DNA of 64,000 nucleotides, from assembly GCF_009914755.1 (NCBI RefSeq), contig NC_060946.1, one strand, 5' to 3'. Positions within the stretch are counted from its first letter, which is position 1. Every line of letters begins with the position of its first letter. The DNA is from the human T2T-CHM13v2.0 reference genome, Homo sapiens. Under the pieces are notes generated by a model. It saw only the letters and a program-made list of their open reading frames with translations. It was not told the DNA's origin and ran no database searches. The position numbers and the translations under genes are program-made. This document shows positions 34,063 through 52,200 of the stretch, in pieces.

Positions 34063-37000
34063 GTCAAAGCCTGGAGAATAGGTACATCTCCTGGATGATC
34101 AGTTAAGAAATCTACCACAATGCCCCCTGCCTTTGGATCCTAGGGAAGATTTGCATCATTTGGGTGATCAGTACAGAGATATATCACAATGTCCCCTGTG
34201 CAAAAAGCCTGGAAATGATTTACATCTCCTGGGTGATCAGTGCAGAGATATGTCACAATGCCCCCTGTAGGCACAGCATAGAGAAGAGTTGCATCACATG
34301 GGTGATCAGTGCAGAGATATGTCACAATGCCCCCTGTAGGCAAAGCCTAAGCAAGAGTTGCATCACCTGGGTGATCAGTGCAGATATATGTCACAATGTC
34401 CCGTGTAGGCAAAGCCTAGGCAAGAGTTACATCACCTTGGTCATCAGTTCAGGGATATGTGAAAACGCCCCTGCAGGCAGAGCCTAGACAACAGTTACAT
34501 AACCTATTTGATCAGTGCAGAGATATTTCAAAATACTCCTGTAGGCAGATCCTAGACAAGAGTTGAACCACCTGGGTGATCAGTAGAGAGATATTTCACA
34601 ATGCCCCCTTTGGGCAAAGGGTAGACAAGACTTACATAACCTAGATGATCAGTGCAGAGATTTGTCAAAATGCCCTGTAGGCAGTGCTTATAAAACTGTT
34701 ACATCACCTAAGTGATCAGTGCAGAGATATGTCACACAACTACTGTAGGCAGAAGTTAGATGAGTTACATCACCTGGGTGATCAGTGCAAGGATATGTCA
34801 AAAAGCCCCCTGTAGGCAAAGCCTAGACAATACTTACATCACTTGGGTTATTAGTGGCGAGATCTCTCAAAATTCCCCTGTAGGGAGAGCTTATACAACA
34901 GTGACATGACCTGGGTGATCAGTGCAGAGATATGTCACAAGCCCCCTGTAGGCAGAGCCTAGACAAGAGTTATATCACCTGGGTGATCAGTGCAGTGATA
35001 TGTCACAATGCCGTGTAGCCAGAGCCTAGACTAAAGTTACAGCACCTGGGAGATCAGTGCAGAGATATGTCACAATGTCCCCTGTCAGCGAAGCCTATAC
35101 AAGACTTTCGTCATCTCGGGGATCAGTGCAGTGATATGTTAAAATGCCCCTGTAGGCAGAGCCTAGACAAGAGTTAAATCACCTGGGTGATCAGTGCAGA
35201 GATATGTCACAATGTCCCCATAGGCAGATACAAGACAAGAGTCCGTCACCTGGGTGATAAGTTCCCAAATATGTCACAATGTCCCCTTAGGTAGAGCCTA
35301 GACAAAAGCCCCATCACCTGGATGATCAGTGTAGAGTTATGTCACAAAGGCCCTTTAGGCAGATCCTAGACAAGAGTTACATCACTTGGATGATCAGTGC
35401 AGAGATATGTCACAATGCCACTGTAGGCAGAGCCTAGACAAGACTGGCATGACCTAGGTTATCAGTGCAGGGGTAGAACACAATGTCCTTCTAGGCAGAG
35501 CCTTGACAAGTGGTACATCACCTGGGTGATCACTGCAGGGTTATGTCACAAAGCACCCTGTAGGCAGATCCTAGAAAAGTGTTACATCACATGGGTGATC
35601 AGTGAAGAGATATGTCACAATACCACTGTAGGCAGAGCCCAGACAAGAGTTACATGACCTAGGTGATCAGTGCAGAGATAAATCGCAATACCCCTGTAGG
35701 CAGAGACTTGACAATTGGTATATCACCTGGGTGATCTTTGCAGGGATATATCACAAAGCACCCTGTAGGCAGATCCTAGAGAAGAGTTATATCACCTGGT
35801 GATCAGTGCAGAGATATGTCACAAGCCCCCTGTAGACAGAGCCTAGACAAGATTTATATCACCAGGGTGATCAGTGCAGTGATATGCAACAATGCCGTGT
35901 AGCCAGAGCCTAGACTAAAGTTACAGCACCTGGGAGATCAGTGCAGAGATATGTCACAATCTCCTCAGTAGGCAGAGACCAGGCAAGAGTTGGATCACCT
36001 CGGGATCAGTGCAGAGATATGTCTCAATCCCCCTGTGGGCACAGCCTAGACAAGGGTTACATCACCTCGGTTAACAGTGCAGAGACATGTCAAAATGCCC
36101 CTGTAGGCAGAGCCTACACAAGTGTTACATCACTTAAGTGATCAGTGCAGAGATAAGCCACAATACCCCCTGTAAGCAGAGCCTAGACAAGAGTTATATC
36201 ACCTGGGTGATCACTGCAGAGATATGTGACAAGGCCCCTTTAAGCAGAGCCTACAAAATAGTTACATCACCTGAGTGATCAGTGCAGAGATCTGTCACAA
36301 TGCCCCTTTCGGCAGAGCTTAGAGCAGAGTTACATCACATGGGTGATCAGTGCAGAGATATGTCACATTGCCCCCACAGGCAAATCAAAGACAAGAGTCC
36401 GCCACCTGGTGATCAGTGCAGAAATATGTGACAATGCCCCCAGTAGGCAGAGCCTAGAGAAGAGTCCCATCACCTGGGTGACCAGTGCAGATATATTTTA
36501 CAATGCCTCTGAAGGCAGCACGCAAGCAAGAGTTACATTACTTAGATGATCAGTGCAGAGATATGTCACAAGCCCCCCTATAGGCAGAGCCTGAATCAGA
36601 GTTACATCACCTCAGTGATCAATGCAGTGATATGTCACTATGCCGCGTAGGCAGAGCCTAGTCAAGCGTTACATCACCTGGGTGATCAGTGCAGAGATAT
36701 GTCACAAAAATTCCTATAGACAGAGCCTAGAAAGAGTTACATCACCTGGGTGATCAGTGCAGATATCTGACACAATGCTCCAATAGACAGAGCCTAGACA
36801 AGACTTCCATCACCTGGGTGCAGAGATATATCACAAATCCCCCTCTAGGCAGAGTATAGAGAAGAGTCCCATCACCTGAGTGATCAGTGCAGAGATATTT
36901 CACAATGCCCCCTGTAGGCAGAGAGTGGACAAGAGTTACATAACCTAGGTAATCTGTGCAGAGATTTGTCAAAGCGCCCCTGTAGGTAGAACCTAGATAA

Positions 37001-39630
37001 ATGTTACATTACCTGGGTCATCAGTGCAGAGATATCTCAAAATACACCCTGTAGGTAGAACCTAGACAAGAGTTACATCACCTGGGTGATCAGTGCAGAG
37101 ATATGTCACAATAGCCCCTGTAGGTGGAGCCTAGACAAGAGTTACATCACCTGGGTGATCAGTACAGAAATATGTCACAAAATCCCTGTTGGCAGAGCCT
37201 AAACAAGAGTTACATATCCTGGGCGATCAGTGTAGAAATATGTCACAAATCCCCTGTAGGCCGAGCCTAGACAAGGGTTACATAACCCGGGTTATCCGTG
37301 CAGAATGATGTCACAACCCGCTCTGTAGGCAGAGACTGGAAAAGAGTTACATCACCTGGTTGATCAGTGCAGAGATATGTCATGATGCCCCCTGTAGGCA
37401 GAACATAGAGAATAGTTGCATCACATGGGTGATCTGTGCAGAGATATGTCACAATATGCCCTGTAGGCAGAGCATAGAGAAGAGTTGCATCACCTGGGTA
37501 ATCAGTGCAAAGATATATCACAATGTCCCATGTAGGCAAACTCTAGGCAAGAGTTGCATCACCTGGGTGATTAGTGCAGATATACGTCACAATGTCCCCT
37601 TTAGGTAAAGCCTAGTCAAGAGTTACATCACCTTTGTCATCAGGTCAGGCATATGTGAAAACGCCCCTGTAGACAGAGCCTAGACAAGACTTACACCACC
37701 TAGTTGATCAGTGCAGATATATTTCACAAAACCCACTGGAGGCAGATCCTAGACAAGAGTTGAATCACCTGGGTGTTCAGTGCACACATATTTCACAATT
37801 CCCCCTTAGGCAGAGGGTAGACAAGAGTTACATCATCTAGGTGATACGTGCAGAGATTTGTCAAAATTCCCTGTAGGCAGCGCTTATAAAATTGTTACAT
37901 CACCTAAGTGATCAGTGCAAAGATATGTCACAAAGTTGCTGTAGGCAGAACTTAGATGAGTTACATCACCTGGGTGATCAGTGCAAAGGTATGTCACAAA
38001 GCCCCCTGTAGGCAAAGCCTAGACAATAGTTACATCACTTGGGTGATCAGTGGCGAGATCTCTCACAATTCCCTTGTCGGCAGAGCTTATACAGCAGTTA
38101 TATCACCTGGGTGATCAGTGCAGAAATATGTCACAATGCCCCCTTAGGCAGAGCCTAGACAAAAGCCCCATCACCTGGAGGATCAGTGCAGAGTTATGTC
38201 ACAAAGTCCCTTTAGGCAGATCCTAGACAAGGGTTACATCACTTGGATGATCAGTGCAGAGATATGTTACAATGCCACTGTAGGCAGAGCCTAGACAAGA
38301 GTTACATGACCTAGGTGATCAGTGTAGAGATACACCTCAATGTTCCTGTAGGCAGAGCGTTGACAAGTGGTACATCAACTGGGTGATCATTGCAGGGATA
38401 TGTCACAAAGCAACCTGTAGGCAGACCCTAGAAAAGAGTTAAATCAACTGGGTGATCAGTGCCGAGATATGTCACAATGCCACTGTAAGCAGAGCCTAAA
38501 CAAGAGTTACATGACCTAGGTGATCAGTGCAGAGATACATCGCAATGCCCCTGTAAGCAGAGCCTTGACTAGTGGTATATCACATGGGTGATCATTGCAG
38601 GGATATGTCACAAAACACCCTGTAGGCAGATCCTAGAGAAGTGTTATATCACCTGGGTGATCAGTGCAGAGATACGTCCCAAGTCCCCTTTAGGCAGAGC
38701 CTAGACAAGAGTTATATCACCTGGGTGATCAGTGCAGTGATATGTCACAATGCCCTGTAGCCAGAGCCTAGAATAAAGTTACAGAACCTGGGAGATCAGT
38801 GCAGAGATGTGTCACAATGTCCCCAGCAGGCAGAGACAAGGCAAGAGTTGGATCACCTCGGGATCAGTGCAGAGATACGTCTCAATCCCGCTGTGGGCAC
38901 AGCTTAGACAAGAGTTACATCACCTCGGTTAACAGTGCAGAGATATGTCAAAATGCCCCTGTAGGCAGAGCCTACACAAGTGTTACATCACTTAGGTGAT
39001 CAGTGCAGAGATATGTCACAATACCCCCTGTAAGCAGAGCCTATACAAGAGTTACATCACCTGGGTGATCAGTGCAGAGCTATGTGACAAGGCCCCTTTA
39101 AGCAGAGCCTAGACAATAGTTACATCACCTGCGTGATCAGTGCAGAGATCTGTCACAATGCCCGTTTAGGCAGAGCTTATCCAGAGTTACATCACCAGGG
39201 TGATCAGTGCAGAGATATGTCACAATGTCCCCATAGGCAAATCGAAGAACACCCTCCATTACATGGGTGATCAGTGCAGACATATGTGACAATGCCCACA
39301 GTATGCAGAGCATAGAGAAGAGTCCCATCACCTGGGTGGTCAGTGCAGAGATATGTCACAATGCCCCCATACACAGAGCCTAGACAAGAGTCCCATCACC
39401 TGGGTGATCAGTGTGGAAATATGTCTCAATGCCCCCATAGGCAGATCCAACTCAAGAGTTACATCACCTGGGTGATCAGTGTAGAGATATGTCATAATGC
39501 CCACATAGGCAGAACCTAGAGAAAAGTCCCATCACCTGGGTGATCAGTGCAGAGATATGTCACAAAGCCCCTGCAGGCAGAGCCTAGACAAGTGTTACAT
39601 CACTTGGTTGATCAGTTCAGAGATGTGTCA
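34063..39630 (+). repeat. Beta satellite array (longest block)
   Basis: Tandem 68-bp monomers. Confidence 0.97.
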
Positions 39631-41997
<2,367 letters not shown>

Positions 41998-44900
41998 GTC
42001 AAAGGCTGGAGAATAGTTATATCTCCTGGATGATCAGTTCAGAAACATGTCACAATGCTCCCTCCCTGCGTAGCCTAGAGAAGATTTGCATTATTTGGGT
42101 GATCAGTGCAGAGATATATCACAATGTCCCCTGTACAAAAAGCCTGGAAATGATTTACATCACCTCGGTGATCAGTGCATAGGTATGTCAGAAATCCCCA
42201 GTAGGCTGAACCTAGGCAAGGGTTACAACACTTAGGTGATCAGTGTAAAGATATGTGAAAATTCCCGTGTAGACAGAGCCTAGACAAGTGTTACAACGCC
42301 TAGAGATCAGTGCAGGGATAAGTCGTAAAGCCTCCTGTAGGCAGATTGTAGAAAAGTGTTTCCTCCCTGTGGTGATCAGTGCAGTGATATGTCACAAAAC
42401 TCCTGTAAGCAGAACCTTGACAAGGGTTACATCACCTGTTTGATCAGTGGAAATGTATATCACAAAGCCCCCTGTAGGCATAGCCCAGACAATTGTTACA
42501 TCACCTGGGTGAGCAGTGTAGAGATCTGTCACAATGCCCCTGTAGACAGAGCTCAGACAAGTGTTACATCACCTGGGTGATCAGTGCAGAGATATGTCAA
42601 AATGCTCCTGTAGGCTGAACCTAGACAGGAGTTACATCACCCGGGTGATCAGTGCAGAGATATGTGAGAATTCCCGTGTAGGCAAGGCCTAGACAAGTGT
42701 TACATCACCTAGGTTATCAGTAAAGTTATAAGTCATAAAGCCTCCTGTAGGCAGCGCATAGACAAGAGTTCCCTCCCCAGGGTGATCAGTGCAGAGATGT
42801 GTCACAAAGCCCCTGTAGGCAGAGACTAGACAAGAGTTTCATCACTTGGTTGATCAGTTCAGAGATGTGTCACAATGTCCATGTAGGCAGATCTAAGACA
42901 AGATCCATCACCTGGGTGATCAGTGCAGAGATATGTACCAAAGTCCCCTGTAGGCAGTGCCTAGACAACATTTGCATCACCTCAGAGATCAGTGCATATG
43001 TATGGCACAAAGCCATCTGTAGGCAAAGCCCATAAAAGGCTTACATCACCTAGGTGATCAGTGCAGTGATATGTCACAAAAATGCCTGTAGACAGAGACT
43101 AGACAAGAGTTACATCACCTGGGAGATCCCTGCAGATATTTGACACAATGCCTCCATAGACAGAGCCTAGACAAGACTTCCATCACCTGGGTGATCAATG
43201 CAGAGATATGTCACAAATCCCCCTCTAGGCAGAGTATAGAGAAGAGTCCCATCACCTGGGTGATCAGTGCAGAGATATTTCACAATGCCCCCTGTAGGCA
43301 GAGAGTGGACAAGTGTTACATAACCTAGGTGATCTGTGCAGAGCTATGTCTAAACGCCCCTGTAGGCAGAGCCTAGATAAATGTTACATCACCTGGGTGA
43401 TCAGTGTTGAGATACGTCACAATACCCCCTGTAGGTTGAGCCCAGACAAGAGTAACATCACCTGGGTGACCTGTGCAGAGATATGTCACAAATCCCCTGT
43501 AGGCAGAGCCTAAACAAGAGTTACATCACCTGGGTGATCAGTGTTGAGATACGTCACAATACCCCCTGTAGGTTGAGCCTAGACAAGAGTAACATCACCT
43601 GGGTGATCAGTGCAAAGGTATGTCACAAAGCCCCCTGTACGCAAAGCCTAGACAATAGTTACATCACTTGGGTGATCAGTGGCGATATCTCTCACAATTC
43701 CCCTGTAGGCAGGGCTTGTACAACAGTTACATCACCTGGGTGATCAGTGCAGATATATGTCACAATGCCCCCTTAGGCAGATCCAAGACAAGAGTCTATC
43801 ACTTGGGTGATCAGTGCAGAAATATGGCATATTGTCCCTTCAGGTAGAGCCTAGACAAAAGCCCCAAAACCGGGATGATCAGTGCAGTGTTATGTCACAA
43901 AATCCCTTTCGGCATATCCTAGACAAGTGTTACATTACTTGGATGATCAGTGCAGAGATATGTCCCATTGCCACTGTAGGCAGAGCCAGGACAAGAGTTA
44001 AATGATCTAGCTGATCAAAGCGGAGATGCATCCCAATGTCCCTGTAGGGAGAGCCTTGACAAGTGGTACATAACCTGCGTGATCATTGCAGGGATATATC
44101 ACAATGCACCCTGTAGGCAGATCCTAGAAAAGAGTTACATCACTGTGTGATCAGTGCAGAGATATGCCATAATGCCACTGGAGGCAGAGCCTAGAAAAGA
44201 GTTACATGACCTAGGTATTCAGTGCAGAGATACATCGCCATGCCCCTATAGGCAGAGCCTTGAAAAGTGGTATATCACTGGCGTGATCATTGCAGGGATA
44301 TATCACAAAGCACCCTGTAGGCAGATCCTAGGTAAGAGTTATATCACCTGGGTGATCAGGGCAGAGATATGTCACACGTCCCCTGTAGGCAGAGCCTAGA
44401 CAAGAGTTATATCACCTGGGTGATCAGTGCAGTAATATGTCACAATGCCGTGTAGCCAGAGCCTAGAGTAAAGTTACAGCACCTGGGAGATCAGTGCAGA
44501 GATATGTCACAATGTCCCCAGTAGACAGAGACCAGGAAAGAGTTGGATCACCTCGGGATCAGTGCAGAGGTATGTCACAATCCCCCTGTGGGCACAGCCT
44601 AGACAAGAGTTACGTCACCTTGGTTAACAGTGCAGAGATATGTCAAAATGCCCCTGTAGGCCGAGCCTACACAAGTGTTACATCACTTAGGTGATCAGTG
44701 CAGAGATATGTCACAATACCACTTGTAAGCAGAGTCTAGCTAAGAGTTACATCACCTGGGTGATCAGTGCAGAGATATGTGACAAGGCCCCTTTAAGCAG
44801 CGCCTAGACCAGAGTTACATCAACTGGATGAACAGTGCAGAGATATGTCACAATGCCCCCATAGGCAAATCCAAGACAAGAGTCCGTCTCCTGGGTGATC

Positions 44901-45461
44901 AGTGCAGAAATATGTGACAACGCCTCCAGTAGGCAGAGCCTACAGAAAAGTCCCCTCACCTGGGTGATCAGTGTAGAGATATTTCACAATGCCCCTGCAG
45001 CAGAGCATAAGCAATAGTTACATCACCTACATGATCAGTGCAGAAATATGTCACAAGGCCCCCTACAGGCAGAGCCTGGAGAAGAGTTACATCATCTTGG
45101 TGATCAATGCAGTGATATGTCACTATGCCCCGTAGGTAGAACATAGTCAAGCGTTACATCACGTGGGTGATCCGTGCAGGGATATGTCACAAAGCCCCCA
45201 TACACAGAGCCTAGACAATAGTCCCATCACCTGGGTGATCAGTGAAGAAATATGGCACAATGCCCCCATAGGCAGATCCAACACAAGGGTAACATCACCT
45301 GGGTGATCAGTGCAGAGATATGTCACAGTTCCCCCATAGGCAGAGCCTAGACAAATGTCCCATCACCTGGGTGATCAGTGCAGAGATATGTTCCAAAACC
45401 CCTGTAGGCAGAGACTAGGAAAGTGTTACATCACTTTGTTGATCAGTTCAGAGATGTGTCA
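41998..45461 (+). repeat. Beta satellite array
   Basis: Tandem 68-bp monomers. Confidence 0.97.
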
Positions 45462-46049
45462 TGCTGACTCTTTGCTCCTGGAGTTCTGCGGTCACCCGGA
45501 GACATGCAGAGAAGGGTGGAAGACCGGTATGGTGCCTTTGCTCTCCTTGCCATTATCCAAACCGGCCACACTGCAGACTCCCCATGTTGCTGCACACGGG
45601 AATCCATCGTCAGGCCATCACGCCGGGGAGGCATCTTCTCTCTGGGGTCTCGCTCTGGGCTTCTACGTGGAAATGAACGAGAGCCACACGCCTGCGTGTG
45701 TGAGACTGTCCCGGCAACGACGACACCCACAGGCACTGCCTCCTTCACGGAGAGAGGGCCTGGAACACTCCAGACTCCCACGGAGGTTCAGTTCCACACT
45801 CCCCTCCACTCTCCCAGACCGGTTTCTCCCAGCTGAAGATGCGTGGGAGCCCAGAGAGTGGCTTCCAGTTCCCGTGGGATTCCTGGAGATGTCCAGAGAG
45901 CCAGCCCCCAAAACGTGCCCCCCTCACCCCTTCCCCCTCGCCCCCTTCCTCTTCGTCTCTCCCGCCCAACCACCACCATCACCACGCCCTGCCCTCCACC
46001 ACACCACCACCCGGCCGCAGGCCTCCACGCCCTGGGAACCTTCCGTTAT

Positions 46050-46820
<771 letters not shown>

Positions 46821-47180
46821 CGCTGTGGGGGTGGGAAGGAGTTGTCAGGCTGTGGTGGGGTGGTGGAAAGGCAAGATACCTCTGCCCAGGCTGCTCCCAC
46901 AGCCCAGGCGGCTGCCCGCAAACCCACGTGTGCGCAGTAGGCAGCCCACCTTCTGGCACCTGGGCCGGCTCTGGGATCCCCGGGATGCCCAGGAAAGAAT
47001 GGCAGTTCTCCGCTGTGTGGAGTCTCTCACCAGGCCTAGACCTAGAAGCAGGAATCCTTGGCCTGTCAGCCCGGTGGAGGTGGCGGGGGGAAGACACGCC
47101 CCTCTATAGCCAGCCAGGTGTGCCCCGTGAAAAAGAGGACACCTCAGTGCCCCGACCGGACCCCGTCTCAACCCCTCGTC

Positions 47181-48660
<1,480 letters not shown>

Positions 48661-49237
48661 AGAAGGATCCCAGGGCGTTGAGGCCTGCGGTCGGGGGGTG
48701 GTGGGGTGGGGGGGGGCGTGGTGATGGTGGTGGTGAGGACGGAGACACGAAGAGGAAAGGAGCGAGGGGGAAGGGGTGAGGGGGGCGCTTTTCGGGGGCT
48801 GGCTCTCCGGACCTCTCCAGGAATCCCGCGGGAACTGGAAGCTGCTCTCTGGGCTCCCACGTGTATTCAGCAGGGAGAAAACGGCCTCGGAGGGTGGAGG
48901 GGAGTGTGGAACTGAACCTCAGTGGGAGTCTGGAGTGTTCCAGGCCCTCTCTCGGTGAAGGAGGCAGTGCCTGCGGGTGTCGCCGTTGCCGGGTCAGTCT
49001 CACAAATGCAGGCATGTGTTTCTCGTTCATTTCCACGTAGGAGCCCAGAGCGAGGCCCCAGAGAGAAGATGCCCCCCCGGCATGATGGCCTGAGGATGGA
49101 TTCTCGTGTGTGGTAACGTGGGGAGTCTTCAGTGTGGCCGGTTTGGAAACTGGCAAGGAGAGCGAAGGCACCATGAGGGTCTTCCACCCTTCCCTGCATG
49201 TTTCCGGGTGCCCTCAGAGCTCTGGGAGCAGTCAGCG

Positions 49238-52200
49238 TGACACATCTCTGAACTGATCAAGAAATTGATGTAACTCTTGTCTAGGCTCTGCCTACAGGGG
49301 CTTTGTGACATATCTCTGCACTGATCACCCAGGTGATGGGACTTTTGTCTAGGCTCTGTCTATGGGTGCATTGTGATATATCTCTACACTGATCACCCAG
49401 GTGATGTAACTCTTGTGTTGGATCTGTCTATGGGGGCATTGTGACATATGTCTGCACTGATCACCCAGGTGATGGGACCCTTGTTTAGGCTCTGTGTATG
49501 GAGGCTTTGTGACATATATCTGCACTGATCACCCAGGTGATGTAATGCTAGACTAGTCTCTGCCTACGGGACAGTTATATATCACTGCATTGATCACCGA
49601 GGTGATGTAACTCTTGTCCAGGCTCTGCCTATAGGGGGCCTTGTGACATATCTCTTCACTGATCATGTAGGTAATGTAACTCTTGCTTATGCTCTGGCTG
49701 CAGGGCACAGATATTGTCAAATATCTCTACACTGATCACCCAGGGGATGGGACTCTTCTCTAGGCTTTGTCTACTGGTGACATTGTCACATTTTCTGCAC
49801 TGATCACCCAGGTGACGGACCCTTGTCTTGGATTTGCCTATGCGGCCTTGTGACATATCTCTGCACTGATCACCCAGGTGATGTAACTCTGGTCTAAGCT
49901 CTGCCTAGAGGGGCATTGTCACATATCTCTGCACTGATCACCCAGGTGATGTAACTCTTCTCTAGGCTCTGCTTACAGGGGGTATTGTGACATATCTCTG
50001 CACTGATAAGCTAAGTGATGTAACACTTGTGTAGGCTCTGCCTACAGGGGCATTTTGACATATCTCTGCACTGTTAACCGAGGTGATGTAACTCTTGTCT
50101 AGTCTGTGCCCACAGGGGGATTGAGACATATCTCTGCACTGATCCCGAGGTCATCCAAATCTTGCCTGATGTCTGCCTACTGGGGACATTGTGAAATGTC
50201 TCTGCACTAATCTCCCAGGTGCTGTAACTTTAGTCTAGGCTCCAGCTACACGGCATTGTGACATATCACTGCACTGATCACCAACGTGATATAACTCTTT
50301 TCTAGGCTCTGCCTACAGGGGACTTGTGACATATCTCTGCCCTGATCACCCAGGTGATATAACTCCTCTCTAGGATCTGCCTACCAGGTGCTTTGTGACA
50401 TATCCCTGCAATGATCACCCAGGTGATGTACCACTTGTCAAGGCTATGCCTACAGGGACATTGCGATGTATCTCTGCACTGATCACCTAGGTCATGTAAC
50501 GCTTGTCTAGGGTCTGCCTGCAGTGGCATTGTGACATATCTCTGCACTGCTCATCCAAGTGAGGTATCTCTTGTCTAGGATCTGCCTAAAGGGACTTTGT
50601 GATATAACTCTGCACTGATCATCCAGGTGATGGGGCTTTTTTCTAGGCTCTGCCTAAGGTGGCATTGTGATATATTTCTGCACTGATCGCCCAGGTGACG
50701 GACCCTTGTCATGGATCTGCCTATTGGGGCATTGTGACATATCTCTGCGCTGATCACCCAGGTGATATAACTGTTGTATAAGCTCTGCCTACAGGGGAAT
50801 TGTGAGAGATCTCGCCACTGATCACCCAAGTGATGTAACTATTGTCTAGGCTTTGCCTATATGGGGCTTTGTGACATACCTTTGCACTGATCACCCAGGT
50901 GACGTAACTCATCTAAGCTCTGCCTACAGGAGCTTTGTGACATATCTCTGCACTGTTCACTTAGGTGATGTAACACTTTTATAAGCATTGCCTACAGGGA
51001 ATTTTGACAAATCTCCGCACTGATCACCTAGGTGAAATAACTCTTGTCTACCCTTTGCCCAAAGGGGCATTGTGAAATATCTCTGCCCTGATCACCCAAG
51101 TGATTCAACTCTTGTCTAGGATCTGCCTACAGGGGGTATTGTGAAATATCTCTATACGAATCACCTAGGTAATGTAACGCTTGTCTACGCTCTGCCTACA
51201 GGGGCATTTTCACATTTCCCTGAACTGATGACAAAGGTGATGTAACTCTTGCCTAGGCTTTGCCTACATTGGACATTGTGACATATCTCTGCACTGATCA
51301 CCCAGGTGATGCAACTCTTTTCTAGTCTCTGCCTACAGAGGGCTTTGTGACATCACTCTGCACGGATCACCTCGGTTATGTAACTCTTGTCTAGGCTCTG
51401 CCTGTGGCGGCATTGTGACTTATCTTTGCACTGACCACGCAGGAGATGTGACTCTTGTCTAAACTCTGCCAAGAGGGACATTGGGACATGTCCCTGCACT
51501 GATCACTGAGGTGATGTAAAACTTGTCTAGGCTTTGCCTACAGTGGGATTTATGACATATCTCTGCACTTATCACCCAGGTGATGTAACTCTTGTCTAGG
51601 CTCTGCCTACAGGGGCATTTTAACATATCACTGCACTGATCACCGAGATGATGTAACTCTTGTATAGGCTTCGCCGAGTGTGGGCATTGAGACATATCTC
51701 TGCACTGATCACCGAGGTGATGTAACTCTTCTCTGGGATCTGCATACAGGGGGCATTGTGACATATCTCTGCACTGATCACCCAGGTGATGTAACTCTTG
51801 TCTAGACTCTGCCTACTGGAGACATTGTGACATATCTCCGCACTGATCATCCAGGTGATGTCACTTTGTCAAGGATATGGCTAGAGGGATATTGTGACAT
51901 GTCACTGCACTTATCACACAGCTGATGTAACATTTGTCTAGGCTCTGGGTATAGGGGGCTTGTGACTCATCCCTGCACTGTTCACCCGTGTGATGTAACC
52001 ATAGTATAGGCTCTGCCAAAAGGGGCATCGTGAAATAACTCTGCACTGATCACACAGGTGATGGGACTCTTGTCTAGGCTCTGCCTACAGGGATATTGTG
52101 ACATATCTCTGCATTGATCACGCAGGTGATGTAACTCTTGTCTATATCTGCCTACTGGTGGCATTGTGGCGTATTTCTGCACTGATCACCCAGGTGATGG

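Noticed and set aside
34063-39630. DUX4 binding sites in the satellite forming an autoregulatory sponge
   Set aside because: The TAAYYYAATCA consensus is not part of the monomer by inspection; a PWM scan would be needed to exclude rare variants
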